A DNA stretch of 52,328 nt, taken from an uncultured Clostridia bacterium (lineage in GTDB: Bacteria; Bacillota; Clostridia; TANB77; CAG-508). A program made the position numbers and the translations under genes. The stretch lies in NCBI GenBank assembly GCA_947626235.1, contig CANQRI010000001.1, positions 1 to 52,328 on the forward strand. The letters run 5' to 3'. The number at the start of each line of letters is the position of its first letter. Within the stretch, counting starts at the first letter, position 1. Positions 9,292 to 17,520 of this stretch are shown piece after piece. A model generated the notes under the pieces. That model ran no database searches and was not told the origin of the DNA. It saw only the letters and a list, made by a program, of their open reading frames with translations.

Positions 9292-11370
9292 CTACATTGA
9301 AGATAATGTATTAAATGAATCAGTCATACTTGTTAATCCTATAAATACCAATGGAACAATTAAATAGCCAACAAATAATACTACCATAGGTGCAAAACCT
9401 ATTCCTTTTCCTATCATACCTTTTTTAGAAATTAACCTTTCATTTGATTCCTTTCTTTTTGCTTGATAATAGTCTCTTTCTGTATCTAACTCATCAAATG
9501 CATCCTTAATTGGTATTTTTTCAACTGCAGATTGAAGACTTTGAATTATACGTATAAAATCTTCATATGTTACATCTTCTTTCATTGCCTCTAATGCTTC
9601 CCAAGCACCACTTTCATAGTTATTTATACATTTACTTAATGGGTCTTTAAAGATATTGGCATATCTTTCAAGCCATTCTAGTATGATTTCAACATTAACC
9701 CTTTCTATTCTCATAAGCATAAGTATTATTGTTTGGAATTGCATTACTTCGTCTTCCATTTCTAGTTGACGCATTTTTGTTTGGAATATTAACATAAGTA
9801 TTGGTGCCATATAAGCAATCATAGCAATTACCATTGCTCCTAACACTTCTACCCAACTTAAATATTCACTATTTACAATTCCTATTTTTCCTATAACTCT
9901 TTCTGCTGCTTTTTCTATTTCAGCATCTTTAGCATGCGAATAAGTATCATTTATTCTTCCACTCTTCATTGCTGCAGCAATTTTATCTTGTTTTAAATTT
10001 GCCTCATTTTTAAATGCATTTATATAATCATTATCCGACTGTGTTAGTTCCATGGCACTTTTTTGCGCCTTTTCAGTCATCGCGCCTATAATGTCATACG
10101 TTGTTGTAGGATCTGTATAAACATTATTAATTGTTATTTGATGCAGTTGATTAAACAAGAATAACGAAACAAAAAACGATACAATACACAAGGTCAATCT
10201 ATTAACATAAATCCATTCAATTTTGTCTTTACAAGCTGCATCTTTCATTTGTTTCTTTATTTTTCTGTTTTCTTTAGTTCCCTCTTTTGGTATAAACAAA
10301 TCTACTATTTTCTTTACTGGTTTTATTCTATATAATTTCTCTTGCCATGGATTTTCAGTATTTTTTGTGTTCATAGATGTTGAACCATTATCTTTTAATT
10401 TTCTAGTTAATATGTAACATACAAATGTTAATACTAATAATAATATTTGTACTAACATTCCGTCCTTTCCTTGATAGAATGATGCTGTAAAGCTAAATTG
10501 TGATACTGCCCAATTTTTAATTGGCTCTATTGCAAGCATTGGCACTATTGCAATTACTGATAAACTTTGAAATACATAATTTAATTTATCTCTTTTTAAT
10601 ATTTCAAGTTGCATTTCTTGAGTAATATTATTTAAATTTTTTAAGTATAATGATGCACCATCAACTTTTCTATCGCCAAACTCTTTTGTAAGGTATGATA
10701 CTCCTGCAAACTCTTTTAAGTAACTATTTGGAGCTATATCATAATATTTTTCTAGTTCTGATTCTGGATCATTTGATATTAATACTTCATATATCTTTTC
10801 TGCTTGTCTTGACATTTCTGGGTTATCGTCGTCTTGGGCTGTTTGGTATATTGCTTCCTCTACCATGTTAAACTCATTGTAGGCATGTCTTATTTGTGAA
10901 AAGAAATGTATTTGTTGTTTTAACAAGTTGTTATCAATCTTATCTACCATTCCATCTATTACTGTATCTACCATAAATACTTCAAATATTAATAATATGC
11001 ACATTAATAATAGATTTTTGCTAGTTAATACTATTATTCCAATAGTTAATGGAATTATTATTAACAATGCTTTTGTTAAAATTTTTGAAGCTCTATTTCT
11101 TGTTAAATATTCATCGTCTAAATTTATTATTTCAAGCCTTCTTCTCAATTTTAGTATATATCTTTTTAAAAATGGTGTTTTTAAATAAAACATATACAAT
11201 TTTTGATACATTACTTCCATTGAGAAACTAGACTCTTTTGTTCCAGCTTGTAATTGATTTATATATTTTTTTTCTTTATTGTTTTTATTTATATAAATAT
11301 ATGCTATTATTATTGCTACAAGTAGTGCTGCTGCACCACCCATCATATATAGTAATATATCTTGTGACAT
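9292..11370 (-). CDS. Polytopic membrane protein resembling a fused TadB+TadC (two T2SSF-like modules)
   Basis: 692 aa with about 7 TM segments. Two cytoplasmic helical domains are each followed by TM helices, and each matches the T2SSF pattern by eye (for example EKIYEVLISNDPESELEKYYDIAPNSYLKEFAGVSYLTKEFGD, and FKDPLSKCINNYESGAWEALEAMKEDVTYEDFIRIIQSLQSAVEK). Confidence 0.5.
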   Translation of the reverse strand: MSQDILLYMMGGAAALLVAIIIAYIYINKNNKEKKYINQLQAGTKESSFSMEVMYQKLYMFYLKTPFLKRYILKLRRRLEIINLDDEYLTRNRASKILTKALLIIIPLTIGIIVLTSKNLLLMCILLIFEVFMVDTVIDGMVDKIDNNLLKQQIHFFSQIRHAYNEFNMVEEAIYQTAQDDDNPEMSRQAEKIYEVLISNDPESELEKYYDIAPNSYLKEFAGVSYLTKEFGDRKVDGASLYLKNLNNITQEMQLEILKRDKLNYVFQSLSVIAIVPMLAIEPIKNWAVSQFSFTASFYQGKDGMLVQILLLVLTFVCYILTRKLKDNGSTSMNTKNTENPWQEKLYRIKPVKKIVDLFIPKEGTKENRKIKKQMKDAACKDKIEWIYVNRLTLCIVSFFVSLFLFNQLHQITINNVYTDPTTTYDIIGAMTEKAQKSAMELTQSDNDYINAFKNEANLKQDKIAAAMKSGRINDTYSHAKDAEIEKAAERVIGKIGIVNSEYLSWVEVLGAMVIAMIAYMAPILMLIFQTKMRQLEMEDEVMQFQTIILMLMRIERVNVEIILEWLERYANIFKDPLSKCINNYESGAWEALEAMKEDVTYEDFIRIIQSLQSAVEKIPIKDAFDELDTERDYYQAKRKESNERLISKKGMIGKGIGFAPMVVLFVGYLIVPLVFIGLTSMTDSFNTLSSM

Positions 11371-11389
11371 GTTTTATTTCACCTCTATC

Positions 11390-13355
11390 CTATGCTTGAT
11401 TTAATGGTTTTCTTCCTCTTCTTTTTGGTTGCATATCGCTATCTTCTTTTTCTTCATCTTCATATCTTGCTACTTTCATTCCCCAATTTCTTTCTATGAA
11501 TTTAATAAAATCTTCTGCATCTGCATCATCCATATTGTTTAGCATTTCTCTAATGTTGTGGTCAGTTATTCTATTGGTTAATACATACTCTCCATCATGA
11601 TACTCTAATATGTTTTGATATCTATATAATTCTCTATTAGTTGTTTTTGTAAAATAATATGTAGCATTGTCTATAAATTTATCTAATTTTCCTTCTATTG
11701 TTTTTTCTTTTCTATGATCAAATGTATATTCATTTTTTTGCTCTACTGGTATACATTCAGTTACTCTTTCTATGTATCTTCTTCCTCTAAAGTCTTTTAT
11801 TAAGTGTATATCAAAATTCAATACTTGTACAACTTGCTCTTCAGCTGTTCTTTCATCTTTGAAAACTCCTGCTCTTAACATTGAGTTACGAAGTGCTGTT
11901 ACTAAGTCTGGAAAAGTTTTAGCGTGGTGAGTAAATAATGTAAATTTAGATGCAACTTGTGCAGATTGAATCATCCAAGATGCAACGGGGTCTGTTGCAA
12001 CCTCACCTATGATATTAACAGAACCATCGGTTTTCTTTTGAACGTCCAAACAGTCTTGTCCAGATACTGTTTCAGTTTCACGCATTGATAATATATTTCT
12101 TGTTGGATATATTTTTCTTAAGTGTAACTCAAATGCAGTTTCTGTAATACGAAGGTTCATTGTTTCGTATATATTTTCTATCATCGCCATAAGCATTGTT
12201 GTTTTTCCGACATCCTTGCTCTCCTGTAAGTGATATAATTCTTGCACCTTTTACTAAATATTTTAATAATTCAATTGCTTCTTCCTTTCCAGGGAATCTA
12301 ATAATTTGCTCTAATGTTGCACGCTTTACGTCGAATTTTCTTACAAAGAACGCCCATGTTTCAGACATACTTGGTCTTACAACAACAACACGAGAACCAT
12401 CTTTCATTTCATTAATTTTATAACCATTAGTATCTGATAATTGACCTGGGTTATTATATTTATAAATATTTTGACATACTCTTTTTAATTCTGCTTCTGA
12501 TCCAAAAGATAAAAACTCTAAACGTATAGATTTACCTTGGAACATTATCCAAATACTGTCGCAGGCACGTGGAACTTTATGATCTAGCATTTGGTCTATA
12601 TAATCTCCATCTGTTTGCGCAACTTGGCTTAAAAAGCTTTCTGGTAATCCAGATACACCACCTGAAATACCATCTATATTCATATCTCTTATTTCATCTA
12701 TTGTACTATATCCTTTATAATGTTGATATATTCTTTGTACTACTACATTTAATTTATCTTGGAAAGTTAACATTAAATTTTCTTTTTCATATATCTCATC
12801 TATTTCACTACTTGTTATTACATATGATGGTTTAGCTTCACCTTCAACATATTTTAATCTTGCTAAATCATATTTCTTAATTATTTCAGTTAATGCTTCA
12901 TATCCAAACTCTTGCTTGTACATATATAATATAATTTCAAATTTATCTTGAGCTGTTAAAAGTGATGGTATATCAAATGGAATTGCTTTAGAAACATTTA
13001 ATTCTGTAACTCCATATTCTTTTGACAATAAATCATATATTAATTCTTTTATATATTTTTTATCATTAACATCTCCATAAGTACAACCTTTTAACGCCTT
13101 TTTTAATTCATATTTCTTATTTTTTCTTCTTTTTAATTCCTCTTCAGATAAACCTATATCATAAAGATTTATTTTTGTTATTTCATCTAATCTCTTTTTT
13201 ATAAAAGCAGTCATAACTTCTAATGTATATGTTTTATCATCTACATTTATTTGTTCTTCAACTTTTGCATCTTGCTTTTTCTTTAAGTTTCTTATAATTA
13301 AAAATCCTGCCAAAACTAAAACTGCTAATATTAATATTATGTTTAAAAACTGCAT
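11390..13355 (-). pseudogene. CpaF/TadA (VirB11-class, T2SSE) secretion ATPase, frameshifted in Walker A (ORF pieces 12129-13355 and 11390-12247)
   Basis: The upstream piece ends ...GARIISLTGEQGCRKNNN*. The downstream frame reads ...SKDVGKTTMLMAMIENI. Removing 1 nt near 12207-14 restores TGEQG(V/C)GKTT, a canonical Walker A. The downstream piece also has DGSVNIIGEV (Walker B region) and FTLFTHHAKT (His box). The total span of 1966 nt equals 3n+1. Confidence 0.8.
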
Positions 13356-13376
13356 TTTTTGGCTCCTTTCTTAAGG

Positions 13377-14216
13377 TTATGCTTTCATTTGTAATTCTTG
13401 TATTTTAAATAATAAATCTTGTGACATTCTTTGTGTTTCTTTTATAAATGTTGCATTTCTATCTGTTTCTTTAGTACTTCTAAATCTTAAAAAGAACTCT
13501 GCAACCTTCGAATCTGATGTTGCTTCAAAAAATAAAGTATTGTATGGTATTACTGATATTTCCTTTTTTAATCTTATATATCTTGTTACATTTTTTGCAT
13601 TGTATTTTGAAAACTTATCATATCTGCCTATATTTAGCATTATATTGTTTTTCTTAAAAAAGTCATTTGTTTGTGTTAAGTTTATATAATCATCTATTAT
13701 TGCTAATTTTTGAGTTATATTTATTACTATTACATCTGCCATTTGTAAAATTTTATTTGCTTGTGCTGGTGGCATTTTTTTTGATATATCAACAAATACT
13801 AAATCATAATCTTTGTTGGCAACTTGTATAATTTGTGGATACAGATTACATATAGATTTGTATTCTTCATAACTTTTCGTATTACTAGAACATAATACAT
13901 CAAATCTATCTTTAAAAACTACTCTTGCATAGTTTGACACTATTGAATTTGAAGTTTTATTACTTGTTACTATTTTTATTAAACCTTCAATTCCTGATTC
14001 AAAACCAACTTGACTATTATTTGTTAGATTTTGGGCTATGCTGTTTTGTCTTGACATACTCCAAAAGCAATTTTCTAAAGTTTTATTATTAAATTCTGTA
14101 CTTATATCCAATATTTTTTTGTTGTGTTCTATTGACATGTAAGTACTTAATGCTACCATTGATAGCGTTTGTCCTGTTTCATTACTTTCTCTACTCCAAA
14201 ATGCTATAATAGACAT
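13377..14216 (-). CDS. ParA/MinD-fold protein with degenerate Walker A (TadZ-like) 2
   Basis: MSIIAFWSRESNETGQTLSMVALS occupies the place of xKGGxGK[ST]. It has a DLVFVDIS Walker-B-like segment. Its ATG lies 1 nt after the upstream stop, which suggests translational coupling. Confidence 0.55.
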   Translation of the reverse strand: MSIIAFWSRESNETGQTLSMVALSTYMSIEHNKKILDISTEFNNKTLENCFWSMSRQNSIAQNLTNNSQVGFESGIEGLIKIVTSNKTSNSIVSNYARVVFKDRFDVLCSSNTKSYEEYKSICNLYPQIIQVANKDYDLVFVDISKKMPPAQANKILQMADVIVINITQKLAIIDDYINLTQTNDFFKKNNIMLNIGRYDKFSKYNAKNVTRYIRLKKEISVIPYNTLFFEATSDSKVAEFFLRFRSTKETDRNATFIKETQRMSQDLLFKIQELQMKA

Positions 14217-14217
14217 T

Positions 14218-14931
14218 CTATACTCCTCTTTCTATTCTTTTCATTATCTTTCTAATTTGTGGGTAACTTTCTTCTCCTGTTAATTGTGTAGCTATATACA
14301 TTAAGCCTTCTTTATACTGATTACTCAAATTTCTAATTCTAATTTTTTCTGCTTTTTGATTTTCATATATAACTGTTTGATCTCCTAATTCAAATGGCAT
14401 GTTGACTGTGCTTTGCTCATCCCACGTTACTTTGCATTCTCTAGTTATATAATTTAAATATTCGTTTTCTTTTTTAGTTGCATTTCTTGAAAATATTATT
14501 TTTGTCATATTTGTAGGTTCCTTAAATGCACTGAAAGTCATTATTCCTCTTTTTATTGAATATAAATCCAATGATGTTACAAAGTAATTTTTATCACATT
14601 TTTCTATTTCAAAGTTCACTGCCATATTAGGTGTATCTACATCTATTAATATATAATCGTAATTAATTGGTGAGCTTAATGGTATTCCTAAATATTGTTT
14701 TATATAATTATAATTTTGAAATCCAATTGCTATATCTATTCCTTCATATTGTGTAACATACATTCTTTCTGGTTTTATAGTTGGAATAGTAAATCTAGAT
14801 TTTTGTGTTATTGATGCATCTATAAATAAAACTGTATTTCCCATTTCTACCAACAATTTTGATATATATAGTATAAAATCTGTTTTTTCACATCCCCCTA
14901 TAAAACCTACTTTTTTCATTATAAATTTCAT
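14218..14931 (-). CDS. ParA/MinD-fold protein with degenerate Walker A (TadZ-like) 1
   Basis: KKVGFIGGCEKTDFILYISKLLVEMGNTVLFIDAS, where GGCEKT replaces GGxGKT, plus a YILIDVD Walker-B-like segment. Confidence 0.55.
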   Translation of the reverse strand: MKFIMKKVGFIGGCEKTDFILYISKLLVEMGNTVLFIDASITQKSRFTIPTIKPERMYVTQYEGIDIAIGFQNYNYIKQYLGIPLSSPINYDYILIDVDTPNMAVNFEIEKCDKNYFVTSLDLYSIKRGIMTFSAFKEPTNMTKIIFSRNATKKENEYLNYITRECKVTWDEQSTVNMPFELGDQTVIYENQKAEKIRIRNLSNQYKEGLMYIATQLTGEESYPQIRKIMKRIERGV

Positions 14932-15016
14932 TCCTTTCTTGCTTGAAGGTACTTTACTTACATGTAAGTATTTTATTCTTTATAAGTTACCTCCTCTTAT
15001 ATTGCAATTTATAATT

Positions 15017-15943
15017 TTACTCTCCTAGTGATTCCAAATAACTTTGTCTTTCATCTGCTGCTCTATCAATTTCTTCTTCTACTCCAGATGCTATGTTGTC
15101 TTGTGCATCATCTGGCTCATAACTATTTATTAATGGATCTAATGTACCTTGTCTTATTGCTATATTTCTATTATACAATGTAAATAATGCATTTTTTGCT
15201 TCTTGTAATATGTTTGGATCTGCAAGCATTAAATTTTGTGTAGAAGCTTTTGGTACAAATGTTGTTGTTGCAGCTGTTTGCATTCCTGGTTCTACATATT
15301 TTGTTACATATAACATTGAACCCTCTAATTGATATGCTTCTATTATTGCATTACTCATTACTAATATTTCAGCCTCTGTCATGTTTAGCCATAAAGTTGT
15401 TTCTGATTCTGTTCCTGAAACTGCTGGAATTTCAACTTTCTTTTTAGATATTACAATATAATCTTCTCCACTTGGTAAACGAAATCTTATATCTATAACA
15501 TCTCCTGTTTGTATTTGCGTCATCAGTCTTAACATATTGTATTCTTGCAATCTCATGTCATCTGTTGTTGCATTTTCACTTTCTGTTATCATATCTTCTG
15601 TTACTATTGTTCCTTTAGTTAAATTTATTTTAGCAATTAAATTTTCTTTAGGATTTCCATCATCATCATAAAACGCATCCATTGTTATTGCATTAGTTGG
15701 TATTGCTGAAGAAGCTATTTTTTGTGTTGTGAATAATTCTTCACTAATACTGTCTCCTGAATTTACATCTTCAGATAGCATATATACCTCTTTTAATGCT
15801 TTTCTTTCTGCCTCTCTTTCTTTATTAATGTTGACTAGTTGATATACTAAAAAGCCTATTATACTTCCTGTAATAAGTAATGTTACTAATACTCCTATTA
15901 TTAAATACATATTTGCTTTTCTTTGCATTGGATTCATTGCCAT
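15017..15943 (-). CDS. CpaB/RcpC-like pilus assembly protein (TM + SAF + RcpC-like)
   Basis: N-terminal TM (YLIIGVLVTLLITGSIIGFLV), a SAF-like segment (IAKINLTKGTIVTEDMI), GDVIDIRFRL, and a strong AAGGAGG SD. It is the first gene of the operon. Confidence 0.6.
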   Translation of the reverse strand: MAMNPMQRKANMYLIIGVLVTLLITGSIIGFLVYQLVNINKEREAERKALKEVYMLSEDVNSGDSISEELFTTQKIASSAIPTNAITMDAFYDDDGNPKENLIAKINLTKGTIVTEDMITESENATTDDMRLQEYNMLRLMTQIQTGDVIDIRFRLPSGEDYIVISKKKVEIPAVSGTESETTLWLNMTEAEILVMSNAIIEAYQLEGSMLYVTKYVEPGMQTAATTTFVPKASTQNLMLADPNILQEAKNALFTLYNRNIAIRQGTLDPLINSYEPDDAQDNIASGVEEEIDRAADERQSYLESLGE

Positions 15944-15988
15944 ATCTATATTCCTCCTTATATTTTACAGATTATCATTACTTATTTT

Positions 15989-16017
15989 ATTGTACAACAT
16001 TTTTCCCTATTAAACAA
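15989..16017 (-). promoter_or_regulatory. Candidate sigma-A promoter of the filament operon
   Basis: Minus strand reads TTGTTT, 17 nt, then TACAAT, about 45 nt upstream of the CpaB-like ATG. Chance matches are common in AT-rich DNA. Confidence 0.3.
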
Positions 16018-16092
16018 TATAAAACGTCATCTGTAACATAAAAATAATATTGTTGTAACACTAATGTAATATATGTTTTTATACATAATTTT

Positions 16093-16121
16093 AGGACAGA
16101 TATTTATATAATATCTGTCCT
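16093..16121. terminator. Hairpin just downstream of the Cys-repeat gene
   Basis: AGGACAGATAT-TTATATA-ATATCTGTCCT forms an 11-bp perfect stem. The T-run follows only on the plus strand, so the orientation and role are ambiguous. Confidence 0.35.
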
Positions 16122-16126
16122 TCTTT

Positions 16127-16621
16127 TTACCTTCTATAGCAACACCATCTTGAATTATTTGATTCATTGTTCGCATCTCTTACATTTACTGCTATTGTAT
16201 TCGGTCTACCATTGGTAGAGTTGTTTTGTGCATTACTAGCTACATTTCCATTTAATTGAAGTGGATTTATTAAGTTCTGCCTATTATCATTAATAGCACT
16301 AACATCATTATTGGTATTATTCATACAAGTAAAGCAGTTTCTGCAATTACAACAATTCCTATTATTACAGCAATTTCTGCAATTGCAACAATTCCTATTT
16401 CTAAAAAATATTTCCGCAATAACCGCTGTTATGTATGATATTATTGTATAAGCAATAGCAAACACTAAAAAACTTTCATCAAATGCCGTAAATGCAAGTA
16501 TTAAGTATATTGCAAAAAAAGTTGCTGCTGTCAAAAATGCATTTCTTAATATTTTTTGTAATACTATTGATAATATGATAGTAGCTAATGGCAATATAAA
16601 AAAGAATAATATTATATTCAT
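16127..16621 (-). CDS. Membrane protein with a cysteine-repeat tail (NRNCCNCRNCC)
   Basis: Three predicted TM helices are followed by FFRNRNCCNCRNCCNNRNCCNCRNCFTC, encoded by an imperfect direct DNA repeat at about 16330-16400. An N-rich tail ends RWCCYRR. Confidence 0.55.
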   Translation of the reverse strand: MNIILFFFILPLATIILSIVLQKILRNAFLTAATFFAIYLILAFTAFDESFLVFAIAYTIISYITAVIAEIFFRNRNCCNCRNCCNNRNCCNCRNCFTCMNNTNNDVSAINDNRQNLINPLQLNGNVASNAQNNSTNGRPNTIAVNVRDANNESNNSRWCCYRR

Positions 16622-16696
16622 GACATCTTTCTCCTTATGTTTTTATTTTTTTGTATATAATATGTTACTCTTTTTTTATTAGTTACATTTTTTGCA

Positions 16697-17431
16697 TTAA
16701 TATTTTACTTGAACTAGATATAAAGCATGCGCTGGAAGTGTTTTCCCTGCTCTTTTTCTATCTCCCGAATTTATTATATCTTCAATTTCTTCAGGTTTTA
16801 TTTTACCCATACCTACATCTACTAATGTTCCTACTATTATTCTTACCATATTGTATAAAAAACCATTACCAGTTAATTCTATTATTATTCTTTCATTTTC
16901 TTCTGTTATTTTGGTTTTATATATTTTTCTTACACTTGACTTACTGCTTGTTCCACTAGCTTTAAAAGCTTTAAAATCATGTTCTCCTTCAAAATATTTT
17001 ATTGCTTTTTTCATTGCTTCTACATCTAATTTTACTGGCATAAAATATTCTAAACTTCTATAAATTGCTGTACCTTGTTTAGAATTATTTATTATGTATC
17101 TATACGTTTTTTTCTTGCAATTATATCTACTATGAAATCTTTCGTCTACTTCTTCTGCTTCTTTTATTCTTATTAATTTTTTTAATTTTGAATTTATCGC
17201 TATTGGAAATTTTTCTGTAGGGAAATTACTTGAGGTTTTAAAATTTGCAACTTGCCCTAATGCATGAACTCCTGCATCTGTTCTACCGGAAGCTATTAAT
17301 TCTACCTTTTCTCCTGTTAATTCTTCTATTGCCCTTTCTATTTCACCTTGAATATTTAATTTATTTGGTTGTTTCTGCCAACCATCAAAGTCTTTTCCAT
17401 CATATTCTATTGTAAGCTTTATGTTTCTCAT
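16697..17431 (-). CDS. truA: tRNA pseudouridine(38-40) synthase
   Basis: IEYDGKDFDGWQKQ and SGRTDAGVHALGQV (catalytic Asp motif); 244 aa. Confidence 0.93.
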   Translation of the reverse strand: MRNIKLTIEYDGKDFDGWQKQPNKLNIQGEIERAIEELTGEKVELIASGRTDAGVHALGQVANFKTSSNFPTEKFPIAINSKLKKLIRIKEAEEVDERFHSRYNCKKKTYRYIINNSKQGTAIYRSLEYFMPVKLDVEAMKKAIKYFEGEHDFKAFKASGTSSKSSVRKIYKTKITEENERIIIELTGNGFLYNMVRIIVGTLVDVGMGKIKPEEIEDIINSGDRKRAGKTLPAHALYLVQVKY

Positions 17432-17454
17432 TTTAATTTCCTCCTCAAGCTATT

Positions 17455-17520
17455 AAACTATCAGGGACGTTGTTAAATAGTTTAGCAAGCTAAACTATTT
17501 AACAACGTCCCTGATAGTTT
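17455..17520. repeat. Family-1 palindrome, minimal copy B (termini only)
   Basis: AAACTATCAGGGACGTTGTTAAATAGTTTAGC-AA-GCTAAACTATTTAACAACGTCCCTGATAGTTT is a near-perfect 32-bp stem. It lies between the truA start and the cdaA stop and overlaps the stop codon by 2 nt. Confidence 0.8.

Noticed and set aside
11390-12247. Independent 285-aa ATPase gene starting at GTG (MQELYHLQESKDVGKTT)
   Set aside because: There is no SD. The Walker A would lack its first Gly, and the preceding frame supplies exactly the missing TGEQG. A single frameshifted gene explains this better.
14932-15016. Palindrome TACTTACATGTAAGTA between the CpaB-like and first ParA-like genes as an operator site
   Set aside because: It is a single 16-bp AT-rich palindrome with no second copy in the window. 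That cannot be distinguished from chance.
3575-15943. The operon as the sporulation spoIIIA feeding-tube locus (ATPase + GspF-like + small membrane proteins near spoIVB)
   Set aside because: The ATPase is about 650 aa and CpaF-like rather than SpoIIIAA-like. CpaB-like and ParA-like genes and five pilin-like paralogues do not fit spoIIIAA-AH, and I saw no SpoIIIAG/AH-like ring-forming motif.
3575-15943. Prophage or conjugative element interpretation of the hypothetical-rich block
   Set aside because: I saw no integrase, relaxase, coupling protein, capsid or terminase motifs and no flanking direct repeats. The gene content fits a filament assembly machine.
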